A model generated the notes under the pieces. The model saw nothing but the letters and a program-made list of their open reading frames with translations, had not been told where the DNA came from and searched no databases. Source: Octopus sinensis (Eukaryota). Taken from it: a DNA stretch of 64,000 nt. Shown in pieces: positions 36,753 through 50,522 of this stretch. The stretch is taken from NCBI RefSeq assembly GCF_006345805.1, contig NC_043009.1, forward strand, positions 34,100,001 to 34,164,000, in the 5' to 3' direction. Made by a program: the position numbers and the translations under genes. The number at the start of each line of letters is the position of its first letter. Positions within the stretch are counted from its first letter, which is position 1.

Positions 36753-37384
36753 GTATGTGAAATATTTCACATATCCTCTCTCCCTCTTTGTGTGTGTGCC
36801 GGTACACACACATGTATGCACATGCACACACACACACACACAGGTACATTTTGCTCTATCTCTCCCTCTCCCCCTCTATATATCGTCATATGTGTGTGTG
36901 TGAATTCTACGTTTTACCTCTTAATTCCTGAATTTCTAATTCAAATTTCTAATCACACCTTACATTATGAAGAAATAATCATCTCCCTTGTAATGGTTGC
37001 CATCACTAGAGAAAAACATGTGTATATGTTTTGTTATTTTATTAAAAATAGAAGTGCAAGTTTGCATTTTTATGTTAGAACACTTGAAGATCACACTGAC
37101 TTGAAACTCAAGTCACAAGACTAACTCTTTGTTTCAATTTCAATAAAGAACTATATTTTTTACAACATGTATTGAACACTCCTCTTCTATTGATATATTG
37201 TATGTTGCTTTCTATACCTTGACCCAAGCATATGATGGGGTTCGCCTAGTTGAGCTGGGAAATTAATGGAATGCATGGTGTGTGCCTTGTCATGGTAACC
37301 TCCCTATAGGGAATTTAGGCCTTGTATTCTTTTATTTGCTTCAGTCATTTGACTGTGGCCATGCTGGAGCACCACCTCAGTATA

Positions 37385-37660
<276 letters not shown>

Positions 37661-38389
37661 TAATATGTATTTAGTCATCATCATCATCATCATTATTTGA
37701 TATCTGGCTTCCATAAAGGCATGGGTTGGATGGATTGACAGAGTTTGATGAGTTAAACTGTGTTATGCACCAGTGTCTACTTTGGTAGGGTTTCTGTGAC
37801 TGGATGGCCTTCTTGATACCACTCACTTTACATAATTTACTGGGTACTTTTCATTGCAAAAGTGCTTATGATGATCACCTTGTAATTTGCAAGGCTAAGA
37901 TCCTAAAATGGCCTGAATAACTGAGGAAGAGTTGAAGAGAGATTGGGCTATGATCCGTGGCAAAGAGATGAGAGATGGTAAGTAAAAGTAGATGAGCAAA
38001 TATTGGAGGGAACAAGGGAGAAGAAAGAGAGTACTGACACAGTTGAAAGGAAAGAAAAGATACAGTTGAAAATGTGATAGCAGTGATTGTGTGGTGGTGG
38101 AGATTGAGGGCTATCCAATGTAATAAGGGAGCATATATGGACAGGTGTAGGAGAAGGGGACATTAAGGGAGTGATAGACTAGGGTGGAAATGAATCTTGA
38201 GAGAGTCATTGGGGAAAAGAGAGGTGTAACAGGTTGTACAGGTAGGCCAGAGGATGTGTGATGAAAAAGCAACTTCATCCATTCTTTTTTTATGTTACTG
38301 TAACTGGTCCCATTTACTTGAGTAGCACTTGCAGTTTCTGCATGGAGCAAAGGGTCTCTGATGTTTATTTTCCCTAACTGACCCCATTT

Positions 38390-38845
38390 TCTTGAGCTTG
38401 TTGTGATAATCTGTCATGCCAAGCCTTCAAGAGAACTTTGAAGATGTGAAATTTTATTTTTGGCAAGATTGGGCACCCTCACACTACCATAATAATGTAG
38501 GAGCTTATCTTGAGGAGATTTTGATAAATGGGGCACTGGTTTTCACTCTACTAAACTTTTTTTCTGAGGATACTTAAACGATAACATTTATGGCACAAAA
38601 TGACAACAGTCATTGAATTGAAGACAACCATTGAATGAGAATGTGCACAAATACTGAATAAGGCATTTCTTGATACCTGTAATTCCATTGCTTCTGTTAT
38701 GAGTAGTGTCTGAACCAGGATGGTTATCAGTTTGAAAACCATTCTTGTGTATATTCCTTTAAGTTTGAAAATAAAATGTACTTTCAAATCACTGATTTTC
38801 AAATCATTTAGTGAATGCATATGTCCTTTGTGAACTCCCTGTGTG
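38390..38845 (+). mobile_element. Tc1/mariner-superfamily transposase 3' relic
   Basis: FWQDWAPSHY..VGAYL..; FF*GYLNDNIY..T..ELK..I. Confidence 0.65.
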
Positions 38846-38924
38846 CATGAATATACTTACAAAAAGCAAAGTTTGTATGTTGACTGCTATTTTCACAAAT
38901 TAAATTTGACAATTATATTTTCAG

Positions 38925-38949
38925 AACATCTTCCTCCACTGCTAATACG
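38925..38949 (+). CDS. Candidate 25-nt exon of the plus-strand gene (EHLPPLLIR)
   Basis: Acceptor TATATTTTCAG|; phase 1 start fits 36752; weak donor ACG|GTTACC. Confidence 0.3.
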
Positions 38950-38989
38950 GTTACCTAGATAACAGAAATTATCTACAACCTCTTGAGAG

Positions 38990-39860
38990 CCACCAGGCCT
39001 TTCAAGAAAATCAATTTCCCATGTATTCATAGACTTTGTGGCTCCTTTGCATCTTCCACATATGTACACTGCTCTCTTTGTTAACCTTCATATGATCCCA
39101 CTGCACTTCTTATGTGTCCATACCTTGCACTGGTTACACCAAATGAAATTCCTGCCTACAGCTTTCCTACATCTTGAACAAGGTCATTTACCTGGAGTGG
39201 ATAGGGTCCTGTCTATTTTCTTGATTAGTAGAATCTTGGTCTTTACTACATTAACTTTAAGGCTCTTCAATTCCAGGTTTGGCTTCCACACCAGGAATTT
39301 CTTTTCCAGTTCTTTTACAGATTCTGCTATGAGAGCAAGATCATCAGCATATAGTAGTTCCCATAGGCAGCTAGTCTTAAATTCCTAGGTTATGGATTGA
39401 AGGATGAGGTGGGGTCTGAAAACCAAACCTTGGTGGACACCTACCTGTACACTAAATTTGTGTAACTCTTACCTTACTAACATCAACCTTGTACACAGCC
39501 TGTACTGCTTTCACAAGCCATTCATCTATTCCTAGCTTCTCACAGAGCAAGGTGCTCTGTCAAAGGCTTTCTCCAGATTAACAAAGTCAAGTACAATGGC
39601 TTATTCTTAACTAAGTACTTCTCTTGCAATTGCCAGACTATGAAGATAGTGCCAGTAGTGCTTCTTCCCAAACTGCATTTTATGTAGCCTAATTCTATTC
39701 CTCTCCATAACTTTCATCACCTAGTCCAGCAGTTTGATGTCTCTATAATTACTTCTATCCAAGGCATCTCCCTTCCCCTTGTAGCACCAGTCATTGGTAA
39801 TGACACCTCCTGGTACAAACTGTGAAAGGGTTGGCTTGGTGGGTGTCCTAGGACAGTATA
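38990..39860 (-). mobile_element. RTE RT fragment of the same family as 51.6-53.3 kb
   Basis: Reverse complement aligns to the RT and Cys-rich insert (GRWPCSRCRKAVGRNF). Confidence 0.8.
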
Positions 39861-39939
39861 GTCTAACCTAGTTGCCATCCTGTGACTGCTAGAAAATATA
39901 AGCCTGTATATATTGGCTGCTGAAACATTCAACCTCTAC

Positions 39940-40690
39940 CAGATAATGAATCAAAAGCATGTCCTGAAAGATCTGCACTTGTAGCAAAGGAACTGCAGTG
40001 CTACCATATGGACATTCCAGCACTCTTAGAGACAAGAATTGCGAATGAAGGTAATAGGATGCTTCTGCTGCAAATGTGTGCTGAATTAGACATTTGAATT
40101 AGAAATACTCTTTCAACTGAAAGAGAAGTATAAGACCACATGAATGTATCCTGGTTTAAGACAATGGTATGTTATTGATTATTTTATGACCTGCAGGTGT
40201 GATGTTCATGATATATGTATTGTTCATTTGTTGGATGGTGCTGAGTGCTGGGCTGACCACAGGCTCATCAGAGCAAAGGTTAAGTTCATGGTAAAGCCAA
40301 AGATAAGATATAACAGCCTCTTTGGAAGAGATTGGCTGTTGATCACCTGAAAGATTATGAGATCTATGCATGGTTTATGGAAAAGTTGGGAGTGCTGGAA
40401 CATGAAAATGACTGGAAGAACTTTAAGGAGTCGGCATATAATGTTTGTGTTGATGTGGTTGGTTTTACAAAAATGCAAACACCAACATTTGTTTAATGAA
40501 AATGATAAGGGAATCAACAAGTTGCAATTTGAAATGGAGAGAGCACTTTTGACCTTGCTTAAAGGTAGCTACTCTATTGCTGAAAAATAAAATATACCAA
40601 TGCACTTAAATATGTGAAATCTCAGCAATGACTGAGAAACATCCAGGAGTCTCGGTGGAGGGTTAAAAAACCAACAATGACAAAAGCAAT
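39940..40690 (+). mobile_element. Degraded RTE-BovB-like endonuclease fragment
   Basis: IDYF..DV..GAECWADHRLIRAKVK. Confidence 0.55.
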
Positions 40691-40759
40691 TTACACATAT
40701 CAAGCAAAAACATCTATTTTCTTTTACCTCTTGACATGAAGACCATATACAGTGTAATT

Positions 40760-40808
<49 letters not shown>

Positions 40809-41158
40809 ATGCATGTGTGTTTGTGTATGTATTTATTTACCTATATATGAGTGTATTTGTGGTGGAGTGGTTGTGTGGCTATGTAGATAGTGGGAAAAGA
40901 AAGGTGTTTAGGTTCAGTATAACTGTTTGTCTTGTTGCTAGGTGTGTACTGCTGGTGATATTTCTATGGTACTACTGTTGACATTTTAGAGCTTGCTGTC
41001 TTCTAATTTTTAATGTTCTCAGAAAAGTGAGATAAAGGGACAAATAAAGATGACAGAATGAGAGAGAGAAAGATAGAGGGAGGGGCAGAGACTGTAGAGA
41101 CTTCCCTCAACAAATGATATTTTGGTACATTGTTCTTCTTGGTTTTACATGTTATATA

Positions 41159-41205
<47 letters not shown>

Positions 41206-41380
41206 ATGTGTGTGTGTGTGTGTGTGTGTGCAAGCACATGTATGAGTGCTTGGGTTTTGTGAATAAGTGAGTGTTAGTGAACATGCGTACTGCCTATAAT
41301 ATCAATCCATTTGTCGTGTACATATGTATATATGCATGTGCATTTATATACATATGAACAATATATGTACCTTTTTCAAG

Positions 41381-41485
41381 CAGCCACAACTGAGTTGCAT
41401 CTCACAAGACTGCATCAGAAATCTCAGTCCCAGTTATCTTTGGCTGGTACTCGGTTTTATGTTGCATGTCTCTGAGAAGTCAGAT
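41381..41485 (+). CDS. Candidate exon of the plus-strand gene (QPQLSCISQDCIRNLSPSYLWLVLGFMLHVSEKSD)
   Basis: Acceptor CTTTTTCAAG|, donor GAT|GTATGT, 105 nt open, phase 0-0; an intervening phase 2-0 exon would be needed upstream. Confidence 0.35.
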
Positions 41486-41757
41486 GTATGTACCATCAAG
41501 TCAGTCCTGAAGCTCCTTCTTCATAATGCAAGTTTCAGTACGTGCCGTAAAGTAGACAAGTCTTGTTGACTCTGAACTATTTGATTGCCAGATCACTTCA
41601 GGTTTTCCTTTATATGTAATAAAGTCTTCCTTACTATCAGCAATGTAGGACCTTAGGTACTTAAAGTTATTGAGTAGTGTGCCATCATTAGAACAAATTG
41701 GTAGTGGCTTTCATATTCAATAATAGTAATTTCTGTTTCCTTTGTATTATGAAACAG

Positions 41758-41824
41758 ACTAACTTTTGCTTCAACATTTTCAAGAAATGTTTACAAGACT
41801 TGTGCATCACACAGATAATGAGAT
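41758..41824 (+). CDS. Candidate exon of the plus-strand gene (TNFCFNIFKKCLQDLCITQIMR)
   Basis: Pyrimidine tract plus ACAG|, donor GAT|GTAAGT; the only open frame is phase 0, fitting 41485. Confidence 0.4.
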
Positions 41825-41934
41825 GTAAGTGAAAGATCATCAACATTGTGAAGATCAGAGATATACACATTTTGCTGATGTCTTGATTAATTCTGCTTCA
41901 TGGAGAGGACTTTGACTTCAATGGGATCATACCT

Positions 41935-42260
41935 ACCTATGTACCTACCCACCCACCTACCTACCTACCTACCTACCTACCTACCTACCTACCTACTACC
42001 TACCTACCTACCTACATACATACATACATAAATACATACATACATACATACATACATACATACATACATACACACATACATACATGCCTTCCTACCTACT
42101 CACCTACCAACCTACTTACTGGGCTACCTACCTACCTACCTACCTACCTACATACATACATACCTACCAACCTACCTACATATATACCGACATGCACACA
42201 CATACACACATACATACCTACATAGACTCATACATGCATATATTACAGACATTACATGCA
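41935..42260. repeat. (ACCT)n/(ACAT)n compound microsatellite
   Basis: Direct inspection. Confidence 0.95.
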
Positions 42261-42302
42261 TTGCTAAGATGTATACATTACTGTTGAAATCCTCTGTCAG
42301 AC

Positions 42303-43830
42303 TGTTATAACACCCACTCTGGTATAGTAGTATAGTTAGACAAGTAAGACATGACTATCTAATGACCATCTACCCAACTGACACTCTTCTCAACTTCCAA
42401 CGTCACGGTGTTTATAGTGACTAGCACATACCACTCATCACATAAGCGGGGTGTTCCATTATTACTATTATCCCCATAACATCTTCCCTTTTTTTAAGTT
42501 TTCCTTTTTTTCTAGGGAGTGTAATTTTATTTCTTCTATTAGCAATAATTTTTATATCACCCCACCTGCTCCTGTTTTTTAGTTTTTTTCTTTCTTTTTT
42601 CATACAGTTACACATTTGTAATTTTTTGTGTTTGGCATCCACTTCCAGGAACTCCGTACATTTTCTTTTTCTTTCACTTGTGTGTCTGGGTTCAATTATT
42701 TGTAGCGGTGTTGGTACTTGAAAAGTATCATATAATCATTCCATTTGTTCTTCCATTCTCTTGGGTTCACTCTCAATAAATCTTTTTTTTTAATTGGTTC
42801 ATGTGTCTCTTGTATGCCCCTTTTCTTCCTTTTACCAAGTATAACGTTTTTCCTATGTGTTTGGTGACCATGCCATCTTCCCAACTTTGTTTTCCATTCT
42901 TATATGCCCTCACAAATACATTTTCACCAATTTTGAAATATTTTGCTGCATTATCCATTGCAATTTTTCTTTTCTTACCAGGTAGTAATTTGTTGAAGAC
43001 TGATATTATTTTCCTCGCAAGCTGGTGACATACCTGCTGGTGCGTTTAGATATGTTGTCATATGATATACTCTTAAGAATTGTTATAGAGCTACCTTATC
43101 CATGACTTTCTTATTTGACTTTATTAGGGCTCTTTTGAATGTATTGACAAAGTGTTCTGCTTGTCCATTCGATCTGGGATGGTATGACGTCATAGTTACT
43201 TGTTCTACAGTGAACATTTTACAAAACTTTTTAAACTCAAAAGACACAAACTGCATTACATTGTCAGACACTATCACAACTGGGATGCCTAATCTTGCAA
43301 ACAGCTCATGTAGAAAGTTTGTCATAGTTGAGGAGGTTGGCTTTTTACACTTACAAATTTCTGGCCATTTAGAGAAACTATCTATTATCACTTAATAGTA
43401 TGAACCATTTACGGGACCAGTGAAATCAACATGTAGTCTTGACCATGGAACATCTATTTTTGGCCAAGGTTCACTTTTTATCATTGGTAATTTAGCTGCA
43501 AGTGCACATCCTCTGCAATCTTTCACTAGGTTTTCAATTTCTCTATCCATTTTTGGCCAGTAGCTACACATTAAAGCTTTCTTCCTTGAAATACCAGGCT
43601 GTCCAACAGGGAACTCCCTCAACATTTTCTTTTGCAATGTTTCAGGTATAACTCTGTGTGCATACATCAGTACACCATCACAAATTGAGTATAGGTTCAT
43701 GTCTTGATTTCATTTCACACCAATCCTGTTCCTATTTACTTTTTCTGTCCATAATATTCTTTTCATTTCTGTTATGAATTTGTCCTTTCTGTACTCATTG
43801 CTGATCCCCATTTTGTTACCCTTCATACAT
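42303..43830 (-). mobile_element. Ty3/Gypsy 3' portion: integrase, PPT and short 3' LTR (42303-42481)
   Basis: ORFs 43392-43700 (YWPKM..C..C..WSRLHVDF) and 43083-43391 (IIDSFSKWPE..VSDN..YHPRSNGQAE); PPT AAAAAAAGGGAAGA then TGTTAT...ATAACA. Confidence 0.88.
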
Positions 43831-43849
43831 TTCTCACAAACCTTTCATT

Positions 43850-44690
43850 TGTTTTTAATTTTCCTAATGACCACCGAATCACAGTACATGGGTCCTTGTC
43901 AAAGGCCTTCTCCAGATTAGTGAATGTTAGGTATAGAGCATATTCCTTAACCATGTATTTCTCTTGCAGTTGTCTCACAAAGAGTATGGAAACAGCAGTG
44001 CTTCATTCAAGGACAAAACTGAGCAGTAACTTTTATAACCTAGTCTAACAGTTTAATGCCTCTTTTGTTACCTCCGTCAAGTGCATCTTGCTTACTCTAT
44101 GATACTGAAATATCAGTCAATGAATATGACACCTTCCAGTATTACTTAATTTACTTAAATGACAAACTAGTACCCTACTTTGCTACATATTTTAAGCATC
44201 TCAGTTACTCTCCTTGACTGTCCACCTGTTTTCCCTACTTTCATCTCCTTTATTGCACTATCTACCATACTGCTAAAACTTCATTGACTGGTCCCTCTGT
44301 TGGTTCTATATTGGGTCCTCTCTCCCCTCCCCCTCTCTCTCTCTCTCTCACACACACATACACACTCACAGGCATTCTCCACATTCAGCAGCCTCTGACA
44401 GTAGCACTTCTATGCCTCTTTCTTATCAGTGTTAATGAGAACAATGATGTCATTATCATTCTGCACACATTTCTCTCCAACATCTCGATTTTCTGTAGCA
44501 CACTGTCTAGCAATGAAGTACACGTTATACCCCTGATCTTCATGCTGCAAAACATGTTCAATCTTCTTTTCTGACTGTCTTTTTGTTATGTATATGTAGG
44601 CATTTAGAGACTTTTTTTTTAGCAATTTGATATTTTTTCTATGGCCTCCTCTCTTCAAATCTTTCCAAGTCTGTCTCTTTATTGTTATGA
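43850..44690 (-). mobile_element. Two degraded RTE fragments
   Basis: Reverse complements align to 52400-52700 and 51880-52100. Confidence 0.65.
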
Positions 44691-44739
44691 CACTGGCCAG
44701 TAGCATATTGTCTTGAAAATGTTGCTAGTTTTGTTCTAT

Positions 44740-46075
44740 GTCATATACCTCTATCTCCTCCCTACTGTCATAAACATCAGTTAATACCTCTAAATCTATG
44801 GCTAGTAGTGGTTTCATAGTTAGATATTGATCTTGTGCAGTGAGAATCAGCCCTTCCATTTCAGCTTTTAAGTACAGAACTTTTGAGTCATTCCTGGCTT
44901 TTACTTGAGCTCACTTTTTTTCTGTTCAAGTGTTGCAGGGTATTGGCTATCAAGTGATTTTTCTCTCCATTTATTCTTTAGTATGTTTTGTAGTTCTGTT
45001 TTCATGTTGCTTTTTGTCTCTCTGACCATTTCTGCTATGTTGTCATCTGAGATCAGTGTATCAGTATAGTTTGTTTCTGCTTTGTATTTTGTCACCTCCT
45101 TGTGTATAGAGAAACGTGTTTTCTTTTTCTCATGTTGCTTTATTACACGTAGTAGTCTTCCACTTTTCGTTTCTAAGTTAGTTTTCTAGTCCAACTGTTG
45201 TTATTTTATAATAATTCTGTATCTGTATCAGGCCACATCCTCCTTCTCAATGGGGTAGGTATATTCTGTTTGCGTCTGCTTTGGGGTGGTGACTTTGGTA
45301 CACTGTTAATATTTTCTAGTTTTTTCCATCAAAGTTTCTCAATTCACTAATCATCCAGTTTATTATGTTGAAGCTGTAATTTGTGACTCGTACGGCTAGC
45401 ATATTTATCCCTACTATCTTATTTTTAGCATTGAGTTCAGTGTTCGATATTAGTCTAACAACTTCTGCAATATTCTTTCTTAATTTTCTCTTTCATTTTT
45501 TTGTGTTGTATTTTAGCTGTTTCATCTATTCCTTGATATTTGTATGGGTGATTGTGGTCTAATTCTCTGATTTCTGTATCTATGTTGAGTGCAGTGTTTT
45601 CAGAATAAGGTGTTTATTATTGTTGTTATTGTTGTTGTTATTCAGTAGTTGTATTTTTAGCATGGGCTTTCACTGCACTACCGAGCGCAGCTCTGTGTGC
45701 TTTGGGTATGTGTTGTGGCTTGTTGTGGTGCTTTTATTTTCATTGTATTGAAAGTGTTTTACATAGGATGTGTGCGGTGCCAAGTAGTGCTATTTTCTGT
45801 ATGTTCTATATACTTGTAAGTCCTGGTGTTTTTGTTATGTTTTTGTCTGAATTTTTTTTGTTATACTTAATGCACTTACTATGATAGGAATTGTTTCTGT
45901 TTTTAGGCTCCACATTCAAGTTACCTCTTTTTCTAGATCATTGTATTTTGAAAGTTTCTCCATTTCTTTTAGAGAAACATTGTCATCTATTGGTATTGAT
46001 ACATTGATTAGAAAGCATTTTTTTTTTTGTGATCTCTGGCAACTATATCTAGCCTATTGGCCTTAATTTCTCTAT
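44740..46075 (-). mobile_element. Two tandem R4/Dong-type fragments separated by a (TTA/TTG)n tail at ~45615-45645
   Basis: Homologous to 30750-31500 and 31780-32200. Confidence 0.8.
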
Positions 46076-46089
46076 TTGTGTGTCTTGGT

Positions 46090-47310
46090 CAGTGGCACCT
46101 CTACCATAAAACTAATGAAGCTTAAGCTTCAGGGTCCCTAGATAAGAATTCTTATTTACACACCATTATTTAATGACCAATGAAAGAGTTTGCCTCCTAA
46201 TTTTGGACTTACAATCTGTTCAGTAACAAAGCATTTTTTCTACTTTAAAAATTGTTTGAATATCACCTTGTACAAAATAAATAATTCTTCATTTATGACT
46301 ATATATTAAGTTATGGACCCTTATCTTGATTGATCTCTGTCTCACTGTGGCTAATGAAAATATTACCATAATTTTTTTACACAGAGGTTTAGGCTCCAAG
46401 AGGAATACCAATGTCTTCATGAAAGTAATTCAACAGATACCAGAAACACCAACTCAAGGAAATCCAACGAAATTTCTAAATGTTAAAAACTATCAAACTA
46501 TTTTACAATGTCAAGTAAAAGTTTGTCATCACCTGCAACTGAAACAAGCTATGCAAGCCCCAGTGAAGTCAATGATAGGGCACAAGCCATGAGTGCTCTG
46601 TATTGCAATAATCAACCTACTATTGACACTTTTGATACAGATGATGATCACCGTGGTCAAGAAATTCAAGAAAAAGAGAGCAGAAAAAGGAAACAGGAAG
46701 CAAATTTAGTGATTTCAAAGAATACAGTGACATGGCAAACAGGCTTGTAACAATTGATAATGATTTCATACAAAACTGTTCAATGCAAGTTATCAGTTTT
46801 TAAAAAAATTTTTTTTTTCAAAATAAAGAACCAGATAATGGATATACTGAGTCCAGCAAGATTTACAAACAGCAAAATCAAAGTTTCTCAAGCAAGTTCT
46901 TTGAAAAAAAAAAGATTGAAAAATGGTCAGACTGTGAAGAGATCCTGGTTAGTTTACTCAAAGAGCAAACTCTCTTCTAAATGCCAAATATCACTTATAA
47001 CAGGTGGGTTTTCTGATTGGATGAATATACTCAGAACTCTAGAAAATCATGAAGACAGCATGAAAAATAACAGGGTGATGTTGAGCTGGCTAACACAAAA
47101 GTCAAATGAAACCATTGTGGATCAGCAATTTGAGGAATAGTTGAGAAATTTTGAAGAACTAAAAACAGTTGTAGCAGTTATATAGTTTCTAAGTGAAAGA
47201 GGTTTAGCATTTAGAGGTCATGAGGAAAAGTAGGGCTACCCAGATAATGGAAATTTCAGGGGGGGGGGGCATTGAGCCTATTGTGGAGTTTGACCCATTT
47301 TTATCTTTGA
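46090..47310 (+). mobile_element. hAT transposon 5' part (ZMYM1-like transposase relic)
   Basis: Starts CAGTGG; RSWLVYS..C..GFSDW..L..HE.S; FLSERGLAFRGH..NGNF; VEFDPFL. Confidence 0.75.
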
Positions 47311-47720
47311 CAGTGGGAATATACACATCTGGGAGCAAAGATAAAAATTAAAGTGAGTGTTGAAAATTTCGATTATGAAAGTTTGCTCAAATTAAATTAT
47401 AGGTGGCTTAGTATTTTGTGCGATATTATTTTTTTAAGGCTAAGAAAAGGCACACTTAGGTGGACATGATGTTTATGTGGATAACAGCAAGCAGTGCAAA
47501 TTGAAGGAGACTGCATGTACAGAAGGGTTTATATAAGTCAGCAACAAGAAGAAGACTTCATCACCAGAAATGACAGCCAAGACATGTAGATAGACAACCA
47601 ACAACTGATGAAGGGTCTTTTCTCTGTGTTCACTTGTCCTGTTTTTACGTATTTCATGCTGATTGCATATTTGGTGACGTCGTGTACCCATATATGCATA
47701 TATATATGTGTGTGTGTGTA

Positions 47721-48040
47721 TCATCATCATCATCATCGTTTAGCGTCCGTTTTCCATGCTAGCATGGGTTGGACGGTTCTACTGGGGTCTGTGAAGCCAG
47801 AAGGCTTCATCAGGCCCAGTCAAATCTGGCAGTGTTTCTACGGCTGGATGCCCTTCCTAACGCCAACCACTCCATGAGTGTAGTGGGTGCTTTTTACGTG
47901 CCACGTAAAAAGCACCCACTACACTCACGGAGTGGTTGGTGTTAGGAAGGGCATCCAGCCATAGAAACACTGCCAAATCTGACTGGGCCTGATGAAGCCT
48001 ACCGGCATGGAAAAGGACGCTAAACGATGATGATGATGAT
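47721..48040. repeat. Head-to-head palindrome of two RTE 3' termini with a 1-nt spacer at 47901
   Basis: TTTTTACGTG-C-CACGTAAAAA; arms pair outward to the (TCA)n/(TGA)n tails; the right arm has a ~45-nt deletion. Confidence 0.95.
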
Positions 48041-48090
48041 ACACACACACACACACACACACACACACCACACACACACACACACACACA

Positions 48091-48177
<87 letters not shown>

Positions 48178-48887
48178 TATATATTATTTATTATTATTAT
48201 TATTTAATTGAGCACCACGCATCCATTTCCAAGTAAGTTTATCTTCACCTTTTTGATGCGACTCTCTACTCTATACTCTTTTCTTCCTCCATCCTTCTCT
48301 AATTCCCTTTTTCTCCTCCTCCCTCTTTCACCATTTTCTATCACTCTCTCTCTCTCCCTTTCTCTTTTTCTCTCTCTTGTTGCTCACACATGACCACTGT
48401 CCATCTTTCTTTTAATCACATGACCATTTTTCTTTTCCTGCATTGATGTTCAAAAGACTGGATGTTTTATTTTGCTCTCTTCTGTCTTTTCTCTTTTCAA
48501 AGAAAATATTCCTCCCAGCATTCACTATTTTCCTCTCATTCTGGTCTAATGACCTTCCATGTTTGTTTTCATTTGGTTTCCTTGCATGCTTCCACTATTC
48601 TGTTTTTGTTCGCAACTTTGACCCTCCATAAATCTTAAATTCTATTTTAGAATTTATGGGAGCAACTGTCTTTGAAGACTCATATTGTCATTGAATGCTC
48701 GAAATGAGGAGTAGAGAGACAGCTAACAACTGATGAAGGGTCTTTCCCTGCATTTACTTGCCCTGTTTTTATGCATTTAATGTTGTTTTCACAGTTGGTG
48801 ACATCCTGTACCCATATATGCATATATATATATATATATATTATTTATCATCATCATCATTATTATTATTATTATTATTATTATATA

Positions 48888-49212
48888 TGTGGACCCAGTG
48901 CTTAGAGCAGCAGACTCATGGTCATAGGATTGCAGCTTCGATTCCCAGACCAGGCGTTGTGAGTGTTTATTGAGTGAAAACACTTACAGCTCCATGAGGC
49001 TCCAGCAGGAGTTGGTGGTGAACCCTTCTGTACTCTTTTCCCACAGCTTTCTGTCACTCTTCCTGTATCATGCTGAATCTTCCCAAGAACTACGTTAAGG
49101 GTCCATGTGTCTGTGGAGTGTTCAGCCACTTGCACATTAATTTCCCGTGCAGACTGTTCCGTTGATTGGATCAACTGGAACCCTCATTGTCATAATGACA
49201 GTGTGCTGTAGT
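48888..49212 (+). mobile_element. tRNA-derived SINE family C
   Basis: tRNA-like head GTGGACCCAGTGCTTAGAGCAGCAGACTC..TTCGATTCCCAG followed by a ~250-nt unrelated body. Confidence 0.65.
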
Positions 49213-49286
49213 AATATATATGTGTGTGTGTATGTGTGTGTGTGTATATATATATATATTATATATATATATATATAATATATATA

Positions 49287-50522
49287 TAACTATTCTCTCC
49301 CAAGGAAGGAAGAAATGGCTGCCGGCCGATTCTTGGTGGGCCACGACCCCCCCGTTCCTCTTCAATTGTCTTATATCTCTTCGATCGCCATTCGCCCCCT
49401 TTCTCCGCCACCCTATATGCATATAAACCAGCGACTGATTTCAACGGCCTCACTTGAATTCAAACTGGTATCCGACTCCCTACGAAAATACGAAATACGA
49501 ATATGAATCCAAGCTAAGCAATCTATATTTAATTTCAACCCGTGTACCTACTTAACTATCTGCAACTGATCTGATCTTTTAGTTAGCCCTGTTTTATCTC
49601 TATTAGTATTATTGTTATGACTTGTGAAATTTAGCCTCACGCCTTGTGTCTTTTTTATATGTACATATAATTCTATAGTTCATCTTATTATATATCGTTG
49701 TCTCATGTCTTGTGTTAAATATATATTTAATCTTAAAGCTTGCCCCTAATTTTATTTTATTTTATCGATCAGTCTCACGCCTCGTAGATATAGAATAAAT
49801 GTATTTATAATTATAGCTCCTTATCGTCCACGCTTCTCCCATAGGTTAGGCAAAATTTAGGTATTTATTTATAGCTACTAATAACTATTTCTCTCCAAGG
49901 AAGGAAGAAATGGCTGCCGGCCGATTCTTGGTGGGCCACGACCCCCCCGTTCCTCTTCAATTGTCTTATATCTCTTCGATCGCCATTCGCCCCCTTTCTC
50001 CGCCACCCTATATGCATATAAACCAGCGACTGATTTCAACGGCCTCACTTGAATTCAAACTGGTATCCGACTCCCTACGAAAATACGAAATACGAAATAT
50101 GAATCCAAGCTAAGCAATCTATATTTAATTTCAACCCGTGTACCTACTTAACTATCTGCAACTGATCTGATCTTTTAGTTAGCCCTGTTTTATCTCTATT
50201 AGTATTATTGTTATGACTTGTGAAATTTAGCCTCACGCCTTGTGTCTTTTTTATATGTACATATAATTCTATAGTTCATCTTAATTATATATCGTTGTCT
50301 CATGTCTTGTGTTAATATATATTTAATCTTAAAGCTTGCCCCTAATTTTATTTTATTTTATCGATCAGATCACGTCTCACGCCTCGTAGATATAGAATAA
50401 ATGTATTTATAATTATAGCTCCTTATCGTCCACGCTTCTCCCATAGGTTAGGCAAAATTTAGGTATTTATTTATAGCTACTAATAACTATTTCTCTCCCA
50501 AGGAAGGAAGAAATGGCTGCCG
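49287..50522 (+). repeat. Tandem ~600-bp units (49287-49881, 49882-50483, partial 50484-50522) directly upstream of the RTE body
   Basis: Two near-identical copies plus the start of a third; followed by a 22-nt direct duplication at 50521-50564. Confidence 0.95.

Noticed and set aside
47600-47640. CTGATGAAGGG (also ~48730 and ~95) as a hammerhead
   Set aside because: No closing helix II or GAAA downstream.
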